Origin: Mytilus trossulus
Lineage: Eukaryota
NCBI RefSeq assembly: GCF_036588685.1
Contig: NC_086382.1
Location: 69,378,001 to 69,442,000, forward strand
Length of the DNA: 64,000 nt
Reading direction: 5' to 3'
The translations under genes were made by a program, and so were the position numbers. The number at the start of each line of letters is the position of its first letter. Position 1 is the first letter of the stretch. The notes under the pieces were generated by a model, which worked only from the letters and a program-made list of their open reading frames with translations, was not told the origin of the DNA and did no database searches. This document shows positions 40,150 through 54,100 of the stretch, piece after piece.

Positions 40150-41832
40150 ATGAAACAACCCTATGACAAAAGCGTCAGTAAACATCCACAGATGCCTGAT
40201 ATTATAATACAACAACAGGGTATAGAAAAAACTTCTAAATAATATCAATATCAGCAAAGCAGCTGGGTCTGATCGCATTCATGGAAAAAGTTTAAAAGAG
40301 TGTAAATCACCTCTCACTCTAATCTTATCAATCATATTTCAAACATCATTGAACTCTAGAAAGATCCCAGACGACTGGCGTCACGCAAGTGTATGTCCAG
40401 CATTAAAAAAAGGCGACAAACACGATCCTATAAACTATCGTCCAATATAATTGGCTTGCATCTCAGTGCTGCAAACTATTAGAACATGTTGTAGCTAGTA
40501 GTATAATGAAACATCTGGGGAAATAAAATACTACTAGTATATTACTTACAACATGGTTTCGATCCTCCCACTCCTGTGAAACTCGGCTAATATCATTTAT
40601 TCCAGATCTTGCAAACTCAAATAATGAAAACATTCAAATAGACATCATAATAATGGATTTTGCAAAAGCATTTGATAAAGTTTCACAACACCACCTCATG
40701 TATAAAATTGGCTTCTACGGTATAAATTGCAACGCATATCATTGGATTCAAGATTTCTTAACAAACAGAACACAGACAGTAGTACTTGAAGGTGAAACAT
40801 CAAATACAATGCCTGTAACATCTGGGGTACCCCAAGGCATAGTACTTGGTCCATTAAAAAAAAAGTCTTTATCAACGATTTGGCAGCTAGAATATATTGA
40901 ACATACTAGTATATTAAGATTGTTTGCAGATAGAAGCGATAGGCAGGTTGGATCAACATTCTCAGTGTAACTCAAAAACGCAAACCTTTAGACTTCACTT
41001 ATAAATTACATAATCACTCTCAAATCAGTCCCTTGGATTTATTCGTAGAAACCTATAATTAGCCTCACCAAAAGTTAAAGCGCATGCATATAAAGCTCTT
41101 GTCCGACCAAAATCAAAGTACTGCTCAACAATCTGGGATCCACCTCAAAAACAGCAAATTTCACAAATTAAAAAAGCTCAGAGAAGAGCAGCCCACTTAT
41201 CATGCAACCGCTTCCATAACACCTGTTCAGTTACTGAAATGATGACAGACCTAAATTGGTGCCCATTCGAAATTAGGCGTTTACGATACAGACTTGTTTT
41301 CTTTTACAAAATTATTCATGAAATTGTTGCAGTCCTGGCCTACAAATAACCTTTTGATCCCACTAGACAATAGAACCAGACAAAGCAATCCACTCTCACT
41401 TAGGCAAATACAAACATCTAAAGACAGTGATAAATATTCATTTTATCCACGAAGTTATATAAATTGAAACTATCTGCCACAACAAAAAGTAGCATGCAGT
41501 ACAATAGATGGATTTCAATAGAAGGATCTCAGAATCTGCTTTCATCCCTATATTCTATCACTGACTATTTTGTTATCAAATGTATTATCGGTTTTATCAA
41601 AATTTGTTTATGAAATTTACATACCGGTGACCTTCTGCTGTTGTTTTTTTATTTGGTCGGGTTGTTGTCTCTTTGACACATTCCCCATTGGAACCATTCT
41701 CAATTTTACTTCGATTTTTTTTGGATTTTTTTTCTTGCTAGTGTAAATTATAAATTTTATAGTCGACGCCCGGCGAATAATCCTTAATAATTGAAGGATC
41801 GCTAGAAACTTTTTTTAACAAGAAGAAGAAGG
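40150..41832 (+). mobile_element. Decayed 5'-truncated non-LTR retrotransposon (CR1/L2-group RT)
   Basis: KAAGSD, IPDDWR, KKGDK..NYRPI, QHGFR..SCET, DFAKAFDKV, SGVPQG.VLGP, LFAD, with stops and frameshifts; (GAA)n tail at ~41820. Confidence 0.88.
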
Positions 41833-42161
41833 TGTCACTGAGATCATGTGACAAAATTAAAGGCAATTTTAGGTTACAGTAAAAATTACTGACAGCTGGT
41901 TATTAAAGTCCAATTTTACAAAATGGTTCTGAATTTACGAATGGGTAAAAAATAGCTCAGCTGTTCATCCTACACCAAATGGATTGAAAAAGTCGACCAT
42001 ATTATTTAAGATCATTTATGTATAAATGTGTTGAGGACAAAACGAAAGTAGAAAGTCAATATTTCCCGCCAAATATATTTGATCATCTCGTTCGTTGCGA
42101 GATTTCGGAGCGTGCATGCACGACGGCCTTTGCATCTTTTCTGCGGACAACAGGAGCAATT

Positions 42162-45100
42162 ATGCAAAAGTGTCCATCTTGTCCGAAGTGCTGTAGCTTT
42201 TATTCAACCAAAGGTAATAAATGCATAACATGACATTAACGAAATCGGCTCTTTGGCGGTGAAGACATGAAAAAAGGGGGAGGGATTTTGCTGTTTATTA
42301 TTGTTCAGTTACAAATGGTGAAATGCTCAGTAAACCAGGACATAGAACAAAGATATGATTCTGTTGTTGGTACTTCTGAAACCGGATAGTGCTTGCTAAT
42401 GACCCCCTAAAAACAACTGGAAACAAAGCAGCGGCTAATATTTTTCTTGTTTGTTCCTGGTTTGCTTTATTTATCAAATGGTGAAATTGCCTATTACTAT
42501 ATAGACAACTATCCACAAGATACCAAATGTCATTAAACTCAATAACTAAAGATCACTGAATGAGCCAAACCCAAAGTGCATAGTTAAGTTAAAAGGCCAA
42601 GGAATTACCATGTCAGATGACTAATGTTACATGTACAATTCATATTTGAAAACTGACAGCCTAAGTTACTTCAATATCATATTAACGTGACTTTGTGGTC
42701 TAGTGGTTAAGACTGATGGTTACACTACAGTGCTAAGGTAAAAAGTTTGATTCTCACTAGGGTTGCTAAACATATCAGTACATCTGACAGAAGGGTTATT
42801 TTCACCCTCTCACACACATCTCTGGTACCCAGACCGGATTTTAAACTACTAGGGTAGTTTGGGGACCTCGGTTATTTATAATGTTCAACATTAACAAGGA
42901 CAAAGAAAAGATATCAGCAGATTGATCTTTTAGTCAAAGTCCTGTGCTACTTTGACCATGAGAGCAATTGGCTAATAACTCTTGGGTTGGTCATGTTGGT
43001 CTGTTCCTGCTGAGCAGCCCGGTGGTTCTCAGAGTACTTCAACTTCCTCCACCATAATAATAGTTGGGTTGGGGACTGTCCTTGTAAGTATTGTAAATAC
43101 ATTAGTGACAAATCTCCTTAATCCCAATAGGAAGTGTACATGGATTCCACTGTACCCTCGCAGCTCTCGACATGCTTGGGGTATTGGAGGAATTTACCAG
43201 TACATAATATATACATACATACATTCAAGAGGGGAGATAGGACCTTTATAGGGACCCCGGGGTCAGGTAATTTTAAGCTGGGGATTTCAGGATGGACCCT
43301 TTCAGGTTTTAGGAATTCTTTATTTGAATTTCGGGACCTGGGGATTTCGTTTTTGGGATACGATTGCTTTCAAGCAATCTAGCTGTAGACTTATATAAAT
43401 ACGATTGGCTCAGGGGCCATTCCCTCACGTCAACTGTTTTATTCTAATCATTAAGGAACATCTCAAATTCTTATGAATTCATGGAAATTCTGGGTTTTAA
43501 AGGTAAAAACAAACAAATGGATTAAACTTAAACAACAAAAAAATGTTCTTTTCATAATCTTCATGTTTGATTAGAAATAATTTCCTTTGACTTATATGCT
43601 GGATTTTAACAACACAGAAAAATCAGAGTTCAGCAGTATTTATATTTAGTGTTTTTATAAATTTAGAAACAGGTCAGAGGGAATTCCGCAGTTGTGATTA
43701 AAATGCGAGAGTTCTCTAAATTCTGATCAATCTATTTCAGTCATATAAGAACTGAAGTGGAGTTTTGTTATAAAACTGATATTTGATAATGTAATTTCAT
43801 AAAGAAATAGAGAACCATCTAGGTCGTTTAATTTATGTACGTTCTTGCTCCAGGGTTTGTTTAGGAAATTATGTGCATGCATATAGTTTTCTTGACTTCA
43901 AGGGGTATTAGATTGAATGGTTGCTCTGGATTCCCCTCTCAATTGACATTGATTGATTAATTTATAACTCATTGGATCCTTTCTATGTTTGTCTGCTATT
44001 GAGGGTTATTGTTGTTGTATAATTCTAAATCATAATATGCATCATTTGAATTAAAATAAATGTAGTCCACATCGTAAAAGTAACTACAACACCCCTTCAG
44101 GCGAAATGGAGTCTTCCATATTATCGTTTCCAGTTGTCTCCCTTCCGGAAGTAACTTCCGTGAATTCTAAATCAAAACAAGACGCTGAAAAAAATTAACT
44201 TGTTCCGTTGATAATTGTCGTGTTAATATATTAAAAACGATCATAATTTAAACCAAGGAATGTGTTCAGAAAGGAGTCCTGATCACTGACCCAAAGGAAA
44301 TTAAATATTTAAAGAGTTAAGAATGGGGTTCCTCCTAGAATTTACGTAGGAAAATAAGTGACACATGTAAGACACGAAGTGAAATTCCCTTCTCTCACTC
44401 TGAGTCTCAGTGACTGCTGAGGAAAGTAAACTTAAAATTGATAGTACAAAACTAAAACACAATAGGCCTAAGTATATTGTTCATACACTTTAATCTGGGA
44501 TTGGCTATTTTGTAATTATTTAGATTACTTATATTACATTTTACATGTGCAGTTGAATTAGTTTTGAAAATAATATTATCCAGCTACATGTATACCTGTG
44601 TCAATGAAAACAATGGCAATCCTATCCCTCAGAGCAATCTGCTCTTTGACAACCCGACCATAGAGCAGACAACAGCAGAAGGTCACCAACAGGTCTTAAA
44701 TTCAGTGAAAAATTCCTGCACCCGGAGGTGTCCTTCAGCTGGCCCCTAAACAAATATAGTAGTTTAGTGAAAATGAACGCCATACTAAACTCCAAATAGG
44801 ACATAAGAAACTAAAATTAAAAATAATACAAGACTAACAAAGGCCAGAGGCTCCTGACTTGGGGCAGGCGCAAAACTGTGGCGGGGTAAAACATGTTTAT
44901 GAGGTCTTATGCAACCCTCCCCCTATACCTCTAGCCAATGCAGAGGCAGTATAGAAAGAGAGATAACTCTGTTATGTGTTGGTACAATGTAGGTGAACTG
45001 CTTGTCTCCCTTTGTACTATTTTATATACATTATGCTGAATTTCCTGTTATGTAATAAATGATGTTCCTTCAATGGTGTTTGTTTGTATGCCAGTATCAG

Positions 45101-48100
45101 GGCTATCAGGTTTAATCCGAATGTTCCATGCCGCAAACAGTATAGACAGCTGAAAATGAGTCTTGTTTTACCAGAATCGTAATACCTCTTTTACATTTCC
45201 GGCTCAAAACATTGCAAACACGAGTTACTCTTCATTGTTGAATACCTGGATGATGGAAGTGTAAACATCGATGGTGCTTCCATTTCATGAAAACCGTGTC
45301 AAAATCAGATGAAATTTACGCAATTTACAAGAATTAAAAAAAAGTGAACATTTTTTTTTAAAGAATATGGAAGAATATCAATATTGAAGCCAGACTAATA
45401 TAGTTTTTTGGTCAAAAATGCCATTTTATGTAAATAAAACTTAAAACGGACATCGTTCAGTGTAAGGAATGTGTACAGCTTTGACATTAAATTTTTAAAA
45501 CTTTTGAAGTTTTTTTTCGATTTTTCGATCATAAAGTGGAAATTTTGAGAATTTTCACCCACATGTACATGTAAGTACTAGCCCAATGTTTGAATGAAAA
45601 TTTTTCATAAAGAATTTTTGTCCGACTATAATATTTTCTACATACATGTACATTTCAGATGCACCTAAATTCAACAGAAATCCAGTATTACTTCATTGTG
45701 GACACACTTTTTGTGCAGCATGCCTCAACAAGCTAGCCAGAGAAAACAAGACAAGTATTACATGTCCTACCTGTCAGGTATGTACAATTAATTTGTGCTG
45801 TTTTCATTGTTCATGCCATACATCAGTAAAACAAAAGCATCTAAAAAAACGCATTCTGTATCTATTTGTATTTTTTATGCCCCACCCAGCACTTGGTATT
45901 ATGATTTTCATTCTATTCCTTAGTCTGTCTGTCCTGCTTCAGGTTAAAGGTTTTGAACATGTTGAAGAAGGTTTTTCTTGTTTATATTGTATCTATAAAT
46001 TTTCTGTGTTTTGCAGGTTCCGTCTCCTATCAGTGACGATGGAATTAAAAGTCTGTGGCCAGATGTATACACAACAGGCATGATAGTGTGTAACCAAAAG
46101 ATCCTCTTAGATCAGTAAGTCACGTTGACAGGGCAAGATAATATATATGTATATCTAACATGTCTAAATCTGTAAGTCAGATTGGTCATAAGGCCAAGAT
46201 AATATATATATATCTGAATCAGCAAGTCACATTGGTCATAAGGCCAAGATAATATATATATATATATCTAAATCTGTAAGTCACATTGGGCATAAGGCCA
46301 AGATAATATATATATATCTAAATCAGTAAGTCACATTGGGCATAAGGCCAAGATAATATAGATATATCTAAATCAGTAAGTCACATTGGGCATAAGGCCA
46401 ATATAATATAGATATATCTAAATCAGTAAGTCACATTGGTCATAAGGCCAAGATAATATATATATATCTAAATCAGTAAGTCACATTGGTCATAAGGCCA
46501 AGATAATATATATATATATCTAAATCTGTAAGTCACATTGGGCATAAGGCCAAGATAATATATATATATCTAAATCAGTAAGTCACATTGGGCATAAGGC
46601 CAAGATAATATATATATATATCTAAATCAGTAAGTCACATTGGTCATAAGGCCAAGATAATATATATATATCTAAATCAGTAAGTCACATTGGTCATAAG
46701 GCCAAGATAATATATATATATATCTAAATCTGTAAGTCACATTGGGCATAAGGCCAAGATAATATATATATATCTAAATCAGTAAGTCACATTGGGCATA
46801 AGGCCAAGATAATATATATATATCTAAATCAGTAAGTCACATTGGTCATAAGGCCAAGATAATATATATATATACCTAAATCTGTAAGTCACATTGGTCA
46901 TAAGGCCAGGATAATATATATATATATATCTAAATCTGTAAGTCACATTGGGCATAAGGCCAAGATAATATATATATATATCTAAATCAGTAAGTCACAT
47001 TGGGCATAAGGCCAAGATAATATATATATATCTAAATCAGTAAGTCACATTGGTCATAAGGCCAAGATAATATATATATATCTAAATCAGTAAGTCACAT
47101 TGGTCATAAGGTCAAGATAATATATATATATATCTAAATCTGTAAGTCACATTGGGCATAAGGCCAAGATAATATATATATATCTAAATCAGTAAGTCAC
47201 ATTGGGCATAAGGCCAAGATAATATATATATATCTAAATCAGTAAGTCACATTGGGCATAAGGCCAAGATAATATATATATATCTAAATCAGTAAGTCAC
47301 ATTGGTCATAAGGCCAAGATAATATATATATATACCTAAATCTGTAAGTCACATTGGGCATAAGGCCAAGATAATATATATATATCTAAATCAGTAAGTC
47401 ACATTGGGCATAAGGCCAAGATAATATATATATATCTAAATCAGTAAGTCACATTGGTCATAAGGCCAAGATAATATATATATATATCTAAATCTGTAAG
47501 TCACGTTGGTCATAAGGCCAAGATAATATATATATATATATATCTAAATCTGTAAGTCACATTGGGCATAAGGCCAAGATAATATATATATATCTAAATC
47601 AGTAAGTCACATTGGTCATAAGGCCAAGATAATATATATATCTATCTAAATCTGTAAGTCACATTGGTGACATAAGGCCAAGATAATATATATATCTATC
47701 TAAATCTGTAAGTCAGATTGGTCATAAGGCCAAGATAAAATATATATCTATCTAAATCTGTAAGTCACATTGGTCATAAGGCCAAGATAATATATATATC
47801 TAAATCTGCAAGTCACATTGGTCATAAGGCCAAGATAATGTATATATATCTATCTAAATCTGTAAGTCAGATTGGTCAAAAGCAATACAAATAAATATAT
47901 CTATCAAAATCAGTAAGCGTGACAATTTATTAGTGATATTCAAAGAAATCATCCTAAATCAGAAGTCTGATGTTATATAGGTACTGTGAATATTATATAT
48001 ATGTAATGTTATTAAATAACAGACTTTTTACAGTGCAGTAAGATCCTTGTATTTTCACTTTTCTTTTAAATTTTGCCATCAGAATACAGAATAACAAACT

Positions 48101-51100
48101 TTTGTGAGCCATTTTGTTTTCGTGACTAGCGCAAGTAGAAAAATTTCGTCAATATAAATTGTCACAAATATGTAAAACTTTGATGTTTCATCAGGTCAAT
48201 TAGAAAATCATGAAATTAGATAGCATTGAAGTTGACTACAAAGGGTAAAATGTGAAATAAAGTACTCATGAAAATAAGTTGGTTTACAGTATTTTATATG
48301 TATTGCATTAAATATGTTTATTTTATATGTATTGCATTTAAAAATATGTTTTTATACGACCGAAAATTTTCGTTGTATATTGCTATCACGTTGGCGTCGT
48401 CGTCGTCGTCCGAATACTTTTAGTTTTCGCACTCTAACTTTAGTAAAAGTGAATAGAAATCTATGAAATTTTAACACAAGGTTTATGACCATAAAAGGAA
48501 GGTTGGTATTGATTTTGGGAGTTTTGGTCCAAACATTTTAGGAATTAGGGGCCAAAAAGGGCCCAAATAAGCATTTTCTTGGTTTTCGCACTATAACTTT
48601 AGTTTAAGTTAATAGAAATCTATGAAATTTTGACACAAGGTTGATGACCACAAAAGAAAGGTTGGGATTGATTTTGGGAGTTTTGGTGTTAACAGTTTAG
48701 GAATTAGGGGCCAAAAAAGGGCCCAAATAAGCATTATTCTGGGTTTTCGCACAATAACTTTAGTTTAAGTGAATAGAAATCAATGAAATTTAAACATAAT
48801 GTTTATGACCACAAAAGTAAGATTGGTATTGATTTTGGGAGTTTAGGTCCCAACAGTTTAGGAATTAGGGGCCAAAAAGGGACCCAAATAAGCATTTTTC
48901 ATGGTTTTCGCACCATAACGTTAGTATAAGTAAATAGAAATCTATGAAATTTAAACACAAGGTTAATGACCATAAAAGGAAAGTTGGTAATGATTTTGGG
49001 AGTTTTTGTCCCAACAGTTTAGGAAAAAGGGACCCAAAGGGTCCAAAATTAAACTTTGTTTGATTTCATCAAAATTGAATAATTGGGGTTCTTTGATATG
49101 CCGAATCTAACTGTGTATGTAGATTCTTAACTTTTGGTCCCGTTTTCAAATTGGTCTACATTAAGGTCCAAAGGGTCCAAAATTAAACTTAGTTTGATTT
49201 TAACAAAAATTGAATCCTTGGGGTTCTTTGATATGCTGAATCTAAAAATGAACTTAGATTTTTTATTATTGGCCCAGTTTTCAAGTTGGCCCAAATCGGG
49301 GTCCAAAATTAAACTTTTTTGATTTCATCAAAAATTGAATAAATGGGGTTCTTTGATATGCCAAATCTAACTGTGTATGTAGATTCTTCATTTTTGGTCC
49401 CGTTTTCAAATTGGCCTACATTAAGGTCCAAAGAGTCCAAAATTAAACTAAGTTTGATTTTAACAAAAATTAAATTCTTGGGCCTCTTTGATATGCTGAA
49501 TCTAAACATGTACTTAGATTTTTGATTATGGGCCCAGTTTTCAAGTTGGTCCAAATCAGGATCTAAAATTATTATATTAAGTATTGTGGAATAGCAAGTC
49601 TTTTCAATTGCACAGTATTGTGCAATGGCAAGAAATATCTAATTTCACAATATTGTGAAATAGCAAATTTTTTTTTAATTAGAGTTATCTTTCTTTGTCC
49701 AAAATAGTAAGCAAGAAATATCTTATTGCAAGAATTTTTTTTAATTGGAGTTATCTTTCTTTGTCCAGAATCAACTTAAATCTTTGTTATATACAATATA
49801 CAATGTATATTCACTTTTTACTACCAACTGATAAATTTAAATAATCTTTACCATTCAGTGATAACAAGCAGTTTTTTAAAGGCAGTGCTTTAAGGCCTGA
49901 CTTTTAAGTCATGAGGTTCATCTTTTCATACGCAATCCATGCTGGGGGTCTTTTGGCCAGAAATAGATCCGGAAATGTTCGAATTTCTCCTCTTCTTTTT
50001 ATGGTATGATATGGTTTTTGTTTCTTTCATTTACATTGGGGACTAAAGAAACGATCAGTGTGTATTGTTCGTTTATAGAACTTGTTATAAGTGTGTATTT
50101 TGCATTATAAGCAGTCAACCTGACTACAAACTATCATTATTTGTATATTCCGTGTGGAAAGAGGTCGGGTCAATTTCAAGTGTTATCTGACATCTAAAGA
50201 TTCTTTAATTAGTTCAGACGTTGATATATCAATGAAAAGTCGACTGAACATGATTAATATTGCATCTTCTATAATTCAAAGCGGAATTCGGTTTATGAAC
50301 GAGAAACCGTAAAGCGTTTTCAATTTCGGTATTAGTTATGTATGTTATCTACGTATTATCCTGGTTCCCGGTACTACGTTCCGGGTATTAGCTATTTGAT
50401 ATATTTGATGTGTAACATTACAATCGGGTACCAGCCAATCTACGTGTGTATGTGTACATGATTTACCGCCAAAATGACCGACTTAAAAAATAGTCCATAA
50501 ACGTTCCGTATAATGATATGCAAATTCATAATTAATCGTAAATTTTTTTTATCTTTGTATAATTAATATAACAAAATGGATTCCACAAAATTGAAAATAG
50601 CACTATTTTACGAGGATTTCTCATATTTTTTTCACTTCCGGCGCAGTAATACGTATGTTTTGAAGAAGCTCGAAGAATTTGACAAAGTGAATTGAGAAGG
50701 AAACGGATAGATATACGTTCTTGCTATCAGGTAAAACAATTTAAATGTACAGAACAAACACATTTACTTCACACAAAAGTACAGGCTTAAGCTTTTTATT
50801 GTCTAGCTTATACACGACTGCTGTAGTCAAGTGTTTAAACGACGCCGGTGACCTACAAGGTACGGGTCATACTGGGTCAAGTCTAAATATGTAAACATAT
50901 CCACGTGCTATATAGGTAGAACGCATCGTAATGCAATATCTACAATTTTCCCTCCTTTATACATCGTTTAACCAGATATATTTCTCCTTTTTACATCGTT
51001 TAACCAGATTTATTTCTCTTTCAAATACACTTAAACACGGGTTGTATGTACGTATCTTTTCTAGTGTTTTCTTGTTGTTATTAAAGTTCATTTGTTGATG

Positions 51101-54100
51101 TTTAGAAATTTTTGAACGACTGAACACAGGAGTGAATGAATGCAACAATTATATATACTGAAGACTTGGGCTGTACAATGATAGTGTATGTATATCATAC
51201 TGATAATCATTCTAGCAGTAATTATGTTAATTTAGGATGTAATGTCAATGTCTAATGACAGGAATTCATGAGCTATGCCTCAGGCTTTCTGAAAAAATAT
51301 CAATGACAATGTAAACAGGAACAAAACATTGACACGAATGATGCTCTCTTCTATGTTATATAGTTATTTAGGTATATGTGTTGCACAAGTTTCAATTAAA
51401 CTTAAGTTATAAAACTTTTTTTCAGGGCACAAACCCACTTTAAAGAGACTTGTCTACTGCCATACCCATCCTATTTTCATGCACCATTTGCAAGCAGGAG
51501 ACTGAATGGTTTGCAAATTTAAAAATCAGGACGGTGTCCAATTAAAACAAAAGAACTAAACTGGATGAATATTGTAGGAGAAATCTAGACATGCTAGAGG
51601 AAAGTTTTGATTTGTGAAATTGGTTTTCCTGAAAAGTCATTCATCCTAGCCTGCAGAAAGGAACTATAACTGTCCACCACCAACTGACGAGCTAATGTTG
51701 AGCTTCACATATGGAATTACTCAAATACCATCAATGTCTATGTTTTCAGCACAAATTTCACAATTTATAACACAGCTGTGCTTTTTTTTATACCGTTAAA
51801 GAGTTGTATACTAAATTTTATTTTTTTATCAATAAATATATATTATATTAATTGTGTCATCTAAGAACAAAGTCTTGTTTTTTGCCAAAAGATGCATACT
51901 AGTGAATGAAAGTGGTGCAGTTCATTTTGCTTTGGTATATATAGAATTGAATCACAATTGTTCATGTTATTGGAATGCATATAAAAATAAGGAGATGTGG
52001 TACAATGTATATGATATTTAGTGAGTTTATCAAGCAAAAGTGAATAAGAAATAGGTATAAGCAGTTACAGGTACTACTGTACGATCTCAAACAAGGAGAA
52101 AAACTCATACCGTAAAGAGAATTTCATATTTACAAGTAAGTTTTGTTTTTGCGTTGAATAATTTTCTTCTATTGTTTTAATTGCAAATATAGGAAGTGGT
52201 TAAAATGCTAATGAGACAGCTGTTATGGCCACAGAGCCTTAATTGAAAACTTCTTTTTCATTCATACCGGTAGATTTTGCCTGGAGTTAGAAACATATCT
52301 GCCAACTTTTCAAAATGCACATGGGGGTTTTACGTGAAAGATGGTTCATATAGTCATACAAAACCTTCAAGGGGGCCTTCAAATGGAAAGCAGGACAAGT
52401 CGCCCCACTGGCTAATCGGCCCACTTTTAAAAAAAACACCACAAACTGATTTATCAAATCACCCCACATGTGAAATTGGTTAAATCATGTTTAATATTAC
52501 TCCTGCCAAGTCGCCCCACATGTGAAATTGGTTAAATCATTTTAAATCAGGGTTCTCACTAAGGATTTTTGAAGGCGAGTCCAGGGACTCGTCATTTTTG
52601 GCCACGGTGAGTCATGGTAACTGTGTTCAGTTTATACAAAATATTTCAATATTGATGTATTTGTGGACTCACCAGTTTTGAAAATGGTGAGTCCAGACAG
52701 ATTTTGTTGAGTCCAGGACTCATGGACTCGCCTTAGCGAGAACCCTGTTTAATATTACTCCTGCCAACTCGCCCTACTTATAAAAAAAACGGTAATTTTT
52801 AGATTAATATATATATATATATATTATATATAATTAAAAATAAAAACTCGCACCACTTTAATGAAAACTAATCTACACAGAATACAAACAAACCGAAAAT
52901 TAATTTTAATTACTATTATTGATATATACTGAAGAATAAATGTAAGTTTTGAAGCTTAGTTATTTGCATAACAATTGAAAAGAAACCTGTTAATTGTATC
53001 ATAATACAATATAAGGAATTGAACTTATATTCAATGGGATAACATCTTTTTCCATACGTGGGGCGAGTTGGCATTACTAAATACATCCTGGTTAATAATA
53101 TATTTATCTAGATTTCACCGATTTCCATTAGGTGGGACCAGTTGGCAAGAGTTATATTAACAGAATTTAACTTATATACAACGGGATAACATCTTTTTAC
53201 ATAAGTGGGGCGAGCTGGCATTACTAAATTCTTCCTGGTTAATAATATATTTATCTAGATATTATCGTTTTCTATTACATGTAGGTGGGGCGAGTTGGCA
53301 GGAGTAATATTAACAGGATTTAACACAGTTCACAAGTGGGGCGATTTGGTAATCCAGGTTGGGGCAGGTTTTTTTTAAAAGTGGGGCGAGTTAGTGAAAA
53401 AGTGGGGCTATTTGCTAATGGGGCGATTGTCATGGATTCCCTTCAAATATATTCTAATGTGGTTTTTGGCTTCTTCTTGCATTAACAAGCTTATAGCCAT
53501 TGTTGAATTAATTGTTTTCTTTAAATAATCGACAAAATTGCTCTTACAAAATTTCCATTTGGGAGCCTCGAGCTCGATGGGGGAAATACTCTGCAAATAC
53601 TGACAGTTGGCAGGTATGGTCATCAAAAAAGTTGACATGTTACTATGTACATTTACCATTATGTTACTTGATGTTCTTGCTATACACACAGTACAGAGAC
53701 TAGTCAATCTTTGTGAACTATTTTTTTATGGGAGTCATAGAATATGCGTATACAATCAATAATTAAAAATAGTCTATTTATATTGAAAAGGAAATGTTCT
53801 TATCTGTCTAAAGAAGAGGGACGAAAGACACCAAAGGGACAGTCAAACTCATAAATTTAAAGCAAACTGACAAGGCCATGGCTAAAAATGCATTTCATGG
53901 CGAGGCACAGAAAATATACTGTAAACAGTAGACTATAGATACATGTATAGGTGAACTAAGGTACAAAAGAACTCTAAATCTTAAATTCTACAAACCACCT
54001 CTGTTCTATGGAAGATAATGATATAACTGGACTAGAAATACACACAACCTGTAATTAACTGCCTTTACAGCGCTTTCGCGCTTTGATTTACATTTTATTT

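Larger units (their letters stand above)
49875..54088 (+). mobile_element. Second Helentron-like element nested in the first
   Basis: IR taaaggcagt 49877-49886 / actgccttta 54058-54067, followed by hairpin agcgc-tttc-gcgct 54069-54082; inserted in a T-run. Confidence 0.65.

Noticed and set aside
42688-42765. tRNA gene
   Set aside because: A/B-box-like words only; the stems do not close into a cloverleaf
46111-47918. CRISPR-like regular array
   Set aside because: No unique spacers (only (AT)n length varies), no cas genes, and it lies in a eukaryotic intron
49134-49554. Paired similar small ORFs
   Set aside because: Translations of the ~269-bp tandem units of a non-autonomous element
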